Below are positions 9,792 through 20,347 of a DNA stretch of 64,000 nucleotides, piece after piece. Within the stretch, counting starts at the first letter, position 1. The number at the start of each line of letters is the position of its first letter. The notes beneath the pieces were generated by a model that searched no databases, had not been told where the DNA came from, and was given only the letters and a program-made list of their open reading frames with translations. A program made the position numbers and the translations under genes. The DNA comes from Candidatus Eiseniibacteriota bacterium (GTDB lineage: Bacteria; Eisenbacteria; RBG-16-71-46): the NCBI GenBank assembly GCA_963717935.1, contig CAVQXP010000004.1, positions 64,001-128,000 on the forward strand, read 5' to 3'.

Positions 9792-12700
9792 ATGAGACCT
9801 CCCATCTTCCTGTGCCTGCTCGCCGTCATCGCCGCTTCGCTGCAGCCCATGCTCGCCCCGGAGGCGCGGAGCGAGACCGCGCGCCTCACGGTGCTCCACA
9901 CCACCGACCTGCATGGCGCGCTCACCGCGCATGACTACCTCGCGGACCGGCCGGCCCCGGCCGGGCTCGTGAGGATCGCCAGCCTGGTGCGGGCCGTGCG
10001 CGCCGAGGGACAGCCGGTGCTGCTGCTCGACGGCGGCGACGCCATCCAGGGCGGAGCGCTCGAGACGTTCTACTGGCGCGGCGACCTGTCGCGGCCCGAA
10101 CCGATGATGGCGGCCATGACGCGCCTGGGCTACGACGCGATGGCGGTCGGGAACCACGAGTTCTCCTGGGGGCCCGCGGGGCTGGCGCGGGCGCAAGCCG
10201 AGGCCGGCTTCCCCTGGCTCGCCGCCAACGTCGTGCGCGCACCGGACGGCAGCCTCGCCTTCGGCGCTTCGATCGTGAAGGCCCTCGCCGGCGTGCGCGT
10301 CGGCGTGGTCGGGCTCACCACGCCGGCCGTGCCCGCGCTCGAGGACTCGGCGAACTGGGCCGGCCTGCGCTTCCTCTCCCCGCTCGAGACCGGGAACGCC
10401 GAAGTGAAGCGGCTGCGCGAGGTCGAACGATGCGACGTGGTGGTGGTGCTCGCCCACACCGGGCTCGAGAAGGACCCGGCCACGGGAGTCGAACGCCAGG
10501 GCGACGCACCCGACGAGAACTGGGGCACGCGCCTGGCCGCCGGGCTGCAGGGCGTGGACGTGCTCATCCTGGGCCACACGCACGCGGAGCTGGTGCATGC
10601 GAACCCGCCCGCCGGGCCGCTGGTCGTGCAGGCGGGCCACGACGCCGAGTCGCTCGGCCGCGTGGACCTCGAGTTGACACGCGGCGGCCCGCAGGAGCCG
10701 TGGCACCTCGGGCTGCGCCGCGGCCAGACGATCGCCCTGGCCGATTCGGTCCCGGTGGACGCCGAGCTGGACGCCTTCGCCGCGCCCTACCACGCAGCCG
10801 CTCAGGCGGCGCTGAGCGAGCGCATCGGCCGGGCCACGCAGGACATCGGCTCGCCGCAGGGGCGCTTCGCCGACGGCCCGCTCTGGGACCTGCTCCACGC
10901 GGCCCAGCTCGAGGCCAGTGGCGCGGACGTCTCGCTGGCCGCGCTGCTTCGATCCCGCGGCCGTCATCCGCCGCGGCCCGGTGACCGTGCGCGACGCGCT
11001 GCGCGCCTACCCGTACGACAACACGCTCGCCGTGGTCGAGTTGACGGGCGCCGAGTTGCACCAGGCGCTCGAGCGCTCGGCGCGCTACTACGCGCCGTAC
11101 ACCTTCGAGGCCGGTCACGCCCTCGCCGAGCCGGGGATGGCGGGCTACAACCTGGACGCCGCGCAGGGCGTCAGCTACGAAGTGGACCTCACGCGCCCCG
11201 CGGGCGAGCGGATCGTCAACCTCATCTGGCAGGGGCAGCCGCTCGCGCCCGACCAGAAGCTCAAGGTCGCGGTCAACAGCTACCGGCTGAACGGCGGCGG
11301 CGGCTTCGAGGAGATCTCGCGCGCGCCGCGTCTGGCTCGCCCACGGGCCCGAGGTGCGCGAGGCGCTGGTGGACCACGTCCGCCGGGCCGGCACGCTCGA
11401 GACCCGCACGGATCGCTCCTGGACCGTGCTGCCCGACTACGCCCCGAGCCCGGAGCGGCCGCTGGTGGACCTGCTGGTGCGCCGGGGAGTGGCACCGAAG
11501 GACGAGGTGCTGCACCTGTTCCCCGACGAGCCGGCGCGCCGCACCGACCTCGCGCTACTGGCTGGCGCGCGCCTTCGACTGGCGCGAGAAGCGGCTCTCG
11601 GGCGCCTTCGCCGACGTGCCCGACGCGCTCGAGCCCTGGCTCGACGGGCTGCTCAAGCGCGGCGTGCTCGGGAGCGAAGCCACGCAGCGAGCTCATCCGG
11701 CCGTTCGTCGGTGGCCTCGCTCGCCAACGCCCAGGACTGGTGCGAGGCGGCAGCCCGGGCCGTCGGGCTACGCGCTCGGGAGCGATGCCGAACGCGCCTC
11801 GTTCCGCCGCGGCCTCCTGACCGGCACGAGCCGTCGCGGGCCGTGGCGACACGCTGACGCGCGCACAGGTGCTGGGGCTCGTCGCCAACACCCGCTTCCC
11901 CACCGTGCGGGTGCTCGAGACCACCGACTTCCACGGCGCGCTGCTGCCGGGCGCCACGGAGCGCCGGCAGCGGACGCGCCTACGGCGGCTCCGCGGTGCT
12001 GGCCGCGCATCTGCGGCGGCTGCGGGCCGAGAATCCCGAGGGCACGATCCTGCTGGACGGCGGCGACACCTTCCAGGGCACGATGATCTCGAACCTGCAG
12101 TACGGCCGCCCGGTGGTCGAGCAGATGAACCTGCTCGGCTACAGCGGCTTCGCCGTCGGCAACCACGACTTCGACTGGTCGGCCGACACTCTCGCGCGGC
12201 GCGTGGCCGAGATGCGCTTCTCCGCGCTTCGGCGCCAACCTGGTCGAGCGCAGGAGCGGCCGCATGCCGCGCTGGGTGCGCAGCGACACGCTGCTCGTGC
12301 GCCGCGGCGTGCGCGTCGGACTGTTCGGCCTGTCCTACGTCGGGACGCCGAGGGTGACGCTGGCGACCAACGTGGCACACCTGCGCTTCGAAGACGACTC
12401 GGCCACCGCGGCTCGGCTCGTGCCCGCGCTGCGCAAGCGCTGGCGCCCGCAGCTGGTGATCGAGATCGGCCACACGCCCGGCCGAGACCGACTCGACGCG
12501 GCACGCCTCGGGCGACCTGGCGCGGCTCGCGCGCGGGGTCCCGGGCGTGGACCTGTGGATGGGCGGCCACAGCCACAACTACGTCCTCGACGAGATCGGC
12601 GGCGCGACCGTGATGATCCCGGGCTCGCAGGGCCAGGCGGTCGGCGTCTGCGACCTCACGGTGGACCCGGTGGCCGGGCGCGTCGTGGAGCGCCGTGCCC

Positions 12701-13379
12701 GGCTCATCACCACCTACGCCGACGAGGTCACGCCCGACAGCACCCTCGCCGGCGCGGGTGGCGGACTGGAACGCGAGCGTGGCGCACGCTCGCGGCCACG
12801 CCCATCGGACGCAACGCGCGCACGCTCACGCGCGGCCGCGGCGGGGAGTCCACGCTCGGCGACCTGGTGGCCGACGCGATGCGGGCCGAGGCGAAGGCCG
12901 ACATGGCGTTCACGAACAGCGGCGGCCTGCGAGCCGACCTGCCCGCGGGCACGATCACCAGGGGCTCGGTCTACGAGGTCATCCCCTTCGACAACACCCT
13001 GGTGATGGTGAGGCTCACGGGCGCCAGGGTGCGCGACGCTGCTCGAGGACGGGCCTGGCCCATGGACGGGTCTCCCAGCAGAGCGGGCTGCGCTACCGCT
13101 TCGACCTGTCGCGCCCGCCGGGGCAGCGCCTGCTGTCGGTGACGCTCGCCGACGGCTCGGCCCTCGACGAGCACGAAGACCTACACCGTGGCGGTCAACA
13201 ACTTCATGGCCTGCGGGCGGCGACAACTACGACACGCTGGCGCGCGACGAAGGACCAGACGGACACCGGGCGTGCTGGTGCGCGACGCGCTCGAGCGCTA
13301 CCTGGCGGCGCGCACGAAGGACGGCCCGCTCGACGTGGGGACGGACGGACGCATCGAGCGCGTGGGCGGAGGCGAGTAG
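9792..13379 (+). CDS. secreted tandem 2',3'-cyclic-nucleotide phosphodiesterase/5'-nucleotidase (YfkN/CpdB-like), frameshifted in this assembly
   Basis: Signal peptide. Two metallophosphoesterase modules (TTDLHG/GDAIQG/GNHEF/GHTH and TTDFHG/GDTFQG/GNHDFD/GGHSH), each followed by a 5'-NT C domain (YPYDNTL; NSGGLRADL, IPFDNTL). Pieces are split across frames. Confidence 0.85.
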
Positions 13380-13402
13380 CGGAAGCAGCGGATCGCGGCA
13401 GA

Positions 13403-13441
13403 CCCGAGCCCCCGGCGGGAGGATCCCGCCGGGGGCTCGGG
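13403..13441. terminator. hairpin between convergent genes
   Basis: cccgagcccccggcggga-gga-tcccgccgggggctcggg, an 18-bp perfect stem. Confidence 0.7.
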
Positions 13442-13479
13442 CGTTTCGCGCGAAGCGCGGGCGGGGTCGCCCGCCACGC

Positions 13480-14700
13480 TCAGCGCGCCTTGCCCGGGTC
13501 GAGTCGCGCCCGTCGGCCGCGTAGCCGATGCCCGACTTCTCGAGGTAGGAGCGCACTCCCGCCGCGAGCTGGCTGCGCGATCTGGCGCTGGAACTCCTCG
13601 CTCGCCAGCAGGCGGGCCTCGACCGGGTTGTTGATGAAGGCGGTCTCGACCAGCACGGACGGGAACTCCACCGACTTGAGCACCACGAAGCCCGCCTGCT
13701 TCACGCCGCGCTCTTCGAGCCGCCGGTCCCGGGTGACGTGGTCGAGCAGGGTCTCGGCAAGCAACTGGCTCTGCTGCAGCACCGAGGAGCGCTTCACGTC
13801 GTACAGGATGCTCACGAGGTCGTCCTCGGCCCGCGCCGGCACGCCACCCACCAGGTCGGCCGCGTTCTCCATGTCGGCCAGGTCCTTGGTGGCCTGGTCC
13901 GTGGCCCCGCGCAGGGACAGGAAGAAGACCTCGGTGCCGCTCCCGCTGCCGCGCCGCGACGAGGAGTTGGCGTGCAGGCTGATGAACAGGTCCGCCTTCG
14001 CCCGCTCGGCGATGCGGTAACGCTCGCGCAACGGGATGAAGCGTGTCGCTCGTCGCGCGTCAGCACCACGCGGATGCCGGGCGTCTTCTCCAGCTCCTCG
14101 GCGAGCGCGCGCGCCACGGCCAGATTGGCCCGTTTCTCCAGCACGCCGCGCGGCCCGCGCGCGCCGACGTCCTCGCCGCCGTGCCCGGCGTCCACGACCA
14201 CGACGCGCACCCGCGGCTGCCTCTTCCCGGCCGCGACGCCGGCCGGGGCCTTGTCCGCGACCGCCGCGGCGCCGGGGCGCACCAGGTCCACCACGATGCG
14301 GAACGGCTTGTCCCCTCGGCGGCTTCAGGGTGAAGACGCGGAAGCGCGTCGTGTCGCGCAGCCACACCTGGAAGCGCGCGCTCCTGCGCTCGGTGAACAC
14401 CACGACCGAGTCCACCAGCCCGTCGCGCACGGCGAGCACGGCGGGCACGCCGGCCGCGCGCAGCAACTGCTGGCCCGGCACGCTCACCACCAGCGCGCGA
14501 GGACCGGCCGGAATCCGGCGCCACCATGGCGCACGGGCGCGGAGAAGTCGAACACCACGCGCGTGGAGGTCGGCGCCGACCAGGAGCGCAGACCGGTGAG
14601 GAAGACACCACGCGGGGCGGCCGCGGCGGGGCCAGGGCCCGCAGCGAGCAGCAGCGCCGCGATCAGGACCGCGAGGCGCAGCACCGGGTGGAACGTGATC
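13480..14700 (-). CDS. N-acetylmuramoyl-L-alanine amidase (AMIN + Amidase_3), frameshifted; start approximate
   Basis: TRVVFDF AMIN-like N-terminus, VVVDAGHGGED, LFISLHAN and SVLVETAFINN, found in different frames. Confidence 0.85.
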   Translation of the reverse strand, partial: DHVPPGAAPRGPDRGAAARCGPWPRRGRPAWCLPHRSALLVGADLHARGVRLLRARAPWWRRIPAGPRALVVSVPGQQLLRAAGVPAVLAVRDGLVDSVVVFTERRSARFQVWLRDTTRFRVFTLKPPRGQAVPHRGGPGAPRRRGGRGQGPGRRRGREEAAAGARRGRGRRARRRGRRRARAARRAGETGQSGRGARARRGAGEDARHPRGADARRATRFIPLRERYRIAERAKADLFISLHANSSSRRGSGSGTEVFFLSLRGATDQATKDLADMENAADLVGGVPARAEDDLVSILYDVKRSSVLQQSQLLAETLLDHVTRDRRLEERGVKQAGFVVLKSVEFPSVLVETAFINNPVEARLLASEEFQRQIAQPARGGSALLPREVGHRLRGRRARLDPGKAR

Positions 14701-14793
14701 GTGCCCTCCCTGGCTCCCCGTGACGGTTCGTCACGGGTGGCGGCGGCGGGACCGCGCCCGCCGCCGCCCTCCGGGTTCCTCACGCGCCGGGCC

Positions 14794-16276
14794 TCACTCG
14801 AGCCCCAGCGGCACGTAGCGCGTATTGCCGTCGGTCGTCACGAGCAGCACCGCGTGCGCCTTGCCGGCCGCCTTGGCGTCGCGCAGCACCTTCGCGAAGG
14901 CCGCTGCCGACGCCACCGGCTTGCCGCCCACCTCCTCGATCAGGTCGCCCGGCTGCAGCCCCGACTCCTGCGCGGCGCTGCCGTCCTTCGACCGCGGTCA
15001 CGATCACCCCCGACTGCGCGGAGGCACCGGTCCTTCTCCTCGGGCGTGAGGTCGCGCACCCGCAGACCCCCGGGTGCGGGCGCCGGCTCGTCCCCGCCGG
15101 ACGGCCGCGACCGGGCCACCGCCGCGTCCGTGCGCTCGGCCAGCGTCAGCGTGACGGGCAGACGGCGTCCGTCGCGCAGCACGACCAGGTTGATGCGGCT
15201 CCCCACCGGCATATCGGCCACCTGGAGGCGGAACTTCTGCATGTCCGCGACCGGCGCGCCGTTGAGCTCGACGATGACGTCGTTGCGCTTGAGACCCGCC
15301 CGGGCGGCCGGCTGCCCGTCGAGCACGCTCCTGCACCACCACGCCCCTGGTGCCCTTGATGCCGAAGCCCTCCGCCAGCTCGGGGGTCAGTTCCGCCAGC
15401 GTCACGCCCATCCAGGCCCGCTTCACCTTGCCCGAGGCGATGAGCTGCTCGGCCACGTGCTTCGCCAGGTTGATGGGGATGGCGAAGCTGATGCCCTGTC
15501 CGCTCGGGTTGATGGCGGTGTTGATGCCGATGGCCTCGCCGTGGATGTTGCAGAGCGGGCCGCCCGAGTTGCCGAAGTTGATCGAGGCATCGGTCTGGAT
15601 GAAGTCCTGGTACGTCGGCGCGCGCACCGAAGATGTTCAGGTTCGAGCGCCCCTGCGCGCTGATGATGCCCACGGTCACCGAGCCGCGCAGCTCGCCCAG
15701 CGGATTGCCGATCGCGATGGCCCAGTCACCGATGCGCAGCTGGTCCGAGTCGCCCAGCGGCAGCGACGGCAGGTCCCGGCCCTCGATCTTGATGATGGCG
15801 ACGTCGGTCTCCTGGTCGGTGCCGACCACCTTGGCCTTGAAGGTCCGCTTGTCGTTGAGCGTGACGGTGATGGCCTCGGCGTTCGTGACCACGTGGTTGT
15901 TCGTCAGGATGTGCCCCTCGGGGTCGATCAGGAAGCCCGAGCCGGAGGAGGGCTCGACGCGCGGCCGTGAAGGCCGCTCCTGGCCGAAGAAGCGGCGGAA
16001 CATCTCGTCCTGCGGGAACGCCGTCACGCCCGACACGTTCTTCTTCACGTCGATGAAGACGACCGCCGGGAGCGTCTGCTCGACGACTCCGACGAACGGG
16101 CTCTCGAGGGAGCTTCCGCCGCCCGCGATCGCGGGGCGCTCCCGGCGCTGGGCGACGGAGTCGCGCTGCAGGCTGAGCCCGACGCTGAGGCCCAGGCCGA
16201 TCACGAGTCCCGCGAGGATGAGGACCGCTGCCGTGAGGTAGTGGCTGCGCGGCCGGGTGAAAGGCTCACTGCTCAT
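14794..16276 (-). CDS. degP: DegP/HtrA (Do family) serine protease with PDZ domains, frameshifted
   Basis: [36 protein letters not shown] and PDZ segments; at least three frame changes. Confidence 0.88.
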
Positions 16277-16601
16277 GGAGAATCCCCCTGTCAGGTGTCC
16301 GGCACCGGGCCCTGGTCTCCTCGTGCCGCGGCGTCTGCGCGGACGGGGCGCCCGCGGAAGCGGGTCGCGGGCCTCCGTACGGTGCGGGCCGGAGTACCCA
16401 TGATCGTCGTACCGTTAGGTTATCGCGTACCGTCGAAAGGCTGTCAGAAAGCCGTCAATTGTCCGCGCCGGCAGGCCGGGCGCGGTGTGGAGCGCCCTGG
16501 CCGCGGCATCTCCGCGCCGGCCGCGCGCAGTATAACCCGCGGCGGCGGTGCGTCACCCAGGCGGTGGAAGCCCGGACGGCGGCTCGGCTACACTGCGGCC
16601 C

Positions 16602-17336
16602 ATGCCCCCCGAGGCCGTGTACTTCATCTCCGACGCCCACCTGGGCGTCGACGATCGCGCGAGCGCGAGGCGGCGCGCGAGGACCGGCTTCACGCTTTCC
16701 TGCACTCGCTGCCCGGCCGCGCCTCCGCCCTGGTCATCGTCGGTGACCTGTTCGACTTCTGGTTCGAGTACCGCACGGCCATCCCGCGGCGGCACTTCGC
16801 CACGCTCGCCATCCTCAAGCGCCTGCGCGAATCGGGCGTGGCGCTCAGCTACCTCAACGGCAACCACGACTTCTGGCTCGGGCGCTTCCTCGCCGGAGAG
16901 GTCGGGATCGAGACGCACGACGGCCCCCTGGCGCTCGCCACGCAGGGCCGCCGGATCTGGCTCCATCACGGGGACGGACTGGTCGGCGGCGACCTGGGCT
17001 ACCGCGTGCTCCGGCGCGTGATCCGCCACCCGCTCAGCATCGCGCTCTACGGACTGCTGCACCCCGACCTCGGCATCCCGCTCGCCCACCAGGTCTCGCG
17101 CTGGTCGCGCCGCTCGCGCGGAGAGCGGCCGCTCGAGCCGGAGCGGCTGTGGCGCGAGATCGCGCTGCCGCGCTTCGCCGAGGGATTCGACACGGTGATG
17201 GTGGGCCACTTCCACCACGTCTACGAGCGGCGCGAGCCGGGCCGCGAGTTCTTCCTGCTCGGCGACTGGATCGACGCGCTTCAGTCACGCGGTGCTCGAG
17301 GACGGCGCGGTGCGGATCGAGAACTGGGGCGCGTGA
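16602..17336 (+). CDS. lpxH: UDP-2,3-diacylglucosamine hydrolase-like metallophosphoesterase, frameshifted
   Basis: YFISDAHLG, GDLFDFWFEY, GNHDFW, HHGDG, GHFH and LGDWI. Confidence 0.8.
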
Positions 17337-17345
17337 GCGCGCGGC

Positions 17346-18285
17346 TCAGAACTGTGCGGTGAACGAGATGCGGTGCGTGTCGCCCAGGTCGAGGCGCAGG
17401 GGCACGAAGGCGTAGTCCACGCGCAGGCCGGCGAGCGCGTACCCCACGCCCAGGCTGTAGCTCGACGCGTCGTCGTTCACGCGCAGCCCGCCGCGCAGCG
17501 CGGCGGCGCCCGCGCCGTTCGCTCCGCCCGCGGTGGCGAGCTCCACGCCCAGCATGCCGACGCCGCTGCGGCCGCGCGTGAAGCGGCCCTCGAGCGCCGT
17601 CCGCAACACCGCGCCGGGGGCGAGCGCGCGCTGCCAGGAGCCACCCGTCTGCACCGCCGCCGGCAGCGTCGACGGGCGCGCCCGGGCCACCCTCGAGATT
17701 GAACCGGGCGGCCGGGCCGAGGTTGTACGCGCTGAGCCCCAGCCGCAGACCGCTCACGCGCGCCGGTGCCCATACCGCGCCGAGCCCGGCCGCGCAGGTG
17801 CTGGCCGAGGCGTCGGCGATGCGCTCGCGCAGGACCTGCACGGTGCCGCCCACGCTCAGCCCGGCTGCGACGGAGCGCCCGTAGGCCAGCGCGAACTCGA
17901 GGTCGTGCGCGCCGAAGGAACCGATCAGGTTCCCCAGCACGTCGCGCTCCTCGATGGGCTCGGAGTAGAGCGCGCGGAGCGAGGCCGCGAGCCCACCGCC
18001 GAGGACGCTGGCCCGCGACCACGAACTGCTCGTGGCGCAGCGTCTGCATGTACTCGGCGTGCGTACCGGTGATCTGCGACGCCCTTCACGTCCTCGAGCC
18101 CGGCCGGATTCCAGAAGACCGCCTCGACGCCCTGGGCGAGCGACGCGAAAGCGCCCCCGAGCGCGGAGGCGCGTGCGCCCGCCGGCACCTCGAGGAAGGC
18201 GAAGCCGGACGGAGCGCAGGATGGCGGGCCGTGCGCAGAGCAGGACGAGCACGGCGCACGCCGCCGCGGTGCGGAATGGCTTCAT
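17346..18285 (-). CDS. PorV/PorQ-family outer-membrane beta-barrel protein, frameshifted
   Basis: Signal peptide, PAGARASALGGAF..AVFWNPAGL and C-terminal VDYAFVP..DLGDTHRISF. Confidence 0.75.
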
Positions 18286-18410
18286 CGAGTCCCCTCGGAG
18301 CGGGCGCCGATCGGCTGAGAGCGGCACCAGGAGGATGCGGGCGAGGCGGAGCCGGCCCTCCCGGCCCCGCTCCTCGCCCACGCGGGTGCGGAGTCTACCA
18401 TGCGGAACGA

Positions 18411-19793
18411 TCAGCCCCGGCCACGCCGCTCACCGCTCGAGCCCCGGTCCGAGCTGCCCCGCGCAGGCTTGGAGCGCGGCGCCGGATTGTCCGGCGGCGG
18501 CGAGGGTCGCGCCTCCTCGCTCGGGCGCTCGTACTTCGGCGGCGCTGGCGAGGGTCGCGTCCCCTTGCTCGGGCGCTCGTACTTCGGCGGCGCTGGCGAA
18601 GGCCGCGTCCCCTTGCCCGGGCGCTCGTACTTCGGCGGCGCTGGCGAGGGTCGCGCCCCCTCGCGCGGGCGAACGTAGCGCCCGCTCCCGGCGGGCCCCC
18701 GGGTCGTTCCCGGCCTGCTCGCCTGGCCGGGCCGCACGCCCGCCTGCGGCCGCACGCCCTGCCCCGGCTCCCCGATGGCCGGGCGGTTCGCCCCGACCGG
18801 CACACGCAGGCGCACGCCGTCCGCACCTCTCACGTACGTACCGGCCAGGAAGCCCGGCGGCAGCGGCTTGCCTTCCTTCCAGCGCGACCAGTCGTAACGA
18901 TTCGGCGGCGTATAGCCCACGGGCGGCGCCGTCTTGTAACGCGTGAGATGGCCGCTCCACAGGACGCTCCATTGCCGCTGGCCGTTCCACGACGAGTAGT
19001 AGGGCCGGTCGTATGGCGCGCACGGATAGCAGCGAGGCACGTAGCAGAAGTAGGGCACGGTGCCGAACCAGTAGCGCGGCCCCCAGCTCCAGCCCCAGTA
19101 GACGCGGAAGTCGAACGCCGAGCAGTTCGTGTAGTAGGGATCGTAGCCGTCCCACCAGGCCCACTGGTTGGGACGGTGGCAGTCGTTGCAGAGGTAGCGC
19201 GGGTAGCGCACGGGCTGGTGGATGTAGTACGAGGTGTAGGCCGTGGCGAAGGTCTCGGGGTCGTTCGCATCGCTCAGCACCTGCCGGCGGATGCGCTCCA
19301 TGGCCACGAACGGGTCGCCCATGATGCGTCCGTCCGAGGTCACGTCCTCGTCGTCCTGCTCCTCGCCCACGTAACCGGCACCCTCGGCCTGGGGATCGTA
19401 GGGACGCAGGAAGCGGGGCAGGGCGTTGAAGGGCTCACGGGAGACGAGGGCCACGATGTAGCCCTGCCCCACGGGCCCCTGCACGACGAGCTGCAGGCCG
19501 GACTGGTAGGGCGGCACCCGGTAGGTCTGCCGGCCCGCGACGTAGCCGCTGCTCCCCTCGTAGGGGTACAGCACGCGCACGTAACCCTCCGAGTCGATGT
19601 CGTAGACCAGCAGGTAGCCCTCGTCGGAGGCGCGCACCTTGATCTCGACCGGCTCGCCCGGCTCGTACACCGCGTCCTTGCCCCGATCGGTCCAGATGTC
19701 CACGCCCATCGCCCGGGCCCGAGCCGCGGGCGGGGCGAGGACGAGCCCGATCATGAGGGCGCCAAGAAGCCACCGCGCTCGGAACATGGTCAC
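18411..19793 (-). CDS. secreted DUF4384-domain protein with Trp/Tyr-rich region and Pro/Arg repeat tail
   Basis: Signal peptide, VDIWTDRG..YEPGEPV..GYLLVYDIDSEG.VRVLYP (DUF4384-like) and a CNDCH motif. Confidence 0.75.
   Translation of the reverse strand: MTMFRARWLLGALMIGLVLAPPAARARAMGVDIWTDRGKDAVYEPGEPVEIKVRASDEGYLLVYDIDSEGYVRVLYPYEGSSGYVAGRQTYRVPPYQSGLQLVVQGPVGQGYIVALVSREPFNALPRFLRPYDPQAEGAGYVGEEQDDEDVTSDGRIMGDPFVAMERIRRQVLSDANDPETFATAYTSYYIHQPVRYPRYLCNDCHRPNQWAWWDGYDPYYTNCSAFDFRVYWGWSWGPRYWFGTVPYFCYVPRCYPCAPYDRPYYSSWNGQRQWSVLWSGHLTRYKTAPPVGYTPPNRYDWSRWKEGKPLPPGFLAGTYVRGADGVRLRVPVGANRPAIGEPGQGVRPQAGVRPGQASRPGTTRGPAGSGRYVRPREGARPSPAPPKYERPGKGTRPSPAPPKYERPSKGTRPSPAPPKYERPSEEARPSPPPDNPAPRSKPARGSSDRGSSGERRGRG
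18502..18678 (-). repeat. 48-bp coding tandem repeat (~3.5 copies), RPSPAPPKYERPxKGT
   Basis: Units start at 18502, 18550, 18598 and 18646. Confidence 0.9.
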
Positions 19794-19880
19794 GCTCCCT
19801 CCGGAGGTCCGGGCCGCTGTCCGTCGGCCGGCCGCGCGTCCCGCGGTTTCTCGGCCGGACGGCGCTCCCGGTCCCTCTCT

Positions 19881-20336
19881 TTACTTCGGTTTCGTCTTCC
19901 TGGTACCCGGCTCGCGACGGGTCTTCTCCCGGACCTTCAGCTCGCCGGGCCCCGGCAGCTTCCCGGAGGCCACCCCGGCCCGCCATGAATCGTAGTCGCG
20001 CGGCTCACGGTAGCGCCGCTGTGCCCGGTATCCTGCCGGGTAGCGGTAGCGGCCGTACGAGGGGTTCTGCTCCTTGATTCGCACGTAGCGTTCGCGGTAG
20101 ACGCGGACCGTTTCCGGGTGACGGTTCCACGCGTAGCGGAACCCGTAGCCCGCGCACCAGTCGTAGTACGGGTCGAGGTAGCGGTACCCGTGACAATCAT
20201 AGCAGTAGTAGCTCGCCGATGGGCGCCCGGTGGAAGCGTAGGATGCAGTCAGCGGGTAGCGCGATCCGACCCAGATCGCGCAGCCCGGGAGCGCGGCGAG
20301 CACCACGGCCGCGCAGGCTGCCTGTGTCCAGCGCAA
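19881..20336 (-). CDS. hypothetical lipoprotein with CxxCH motif
   Basis: TTG start with RBS, lipobox LPGC, YYCYDCHG..LDPYYDWC; Tyr/Arg-rich. Confidence 0.65.
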   Translation of the reverse strand: MRWTQAACAAVVLAALPGCAIWVGSRYPLTASYASTGRPSASYYCYDCHGYRYLDPYYDWCAGYGFRYAWNRHPETVRVYRERYVRIKEQNPSYGRYRYPAGYRAQRRYREPRDYDSWRAGVASGKLPGPGELKVREKTRREPGTRKTKPK

Positions 20337-20347
20337 GAGAGCCCCTC

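Noticed and set aside
10900..18250. Programmed frameshifting or phase variation
   Set aside because: The indels are numerous, not at consistent slippery or homopolymer tracts, and span unrelated genes on both strands.
18502..18678. Possible CRISPR array
   Set aside because: Units are contiguous in-frame coding repeats without unique spacers, and there are no cas genes.
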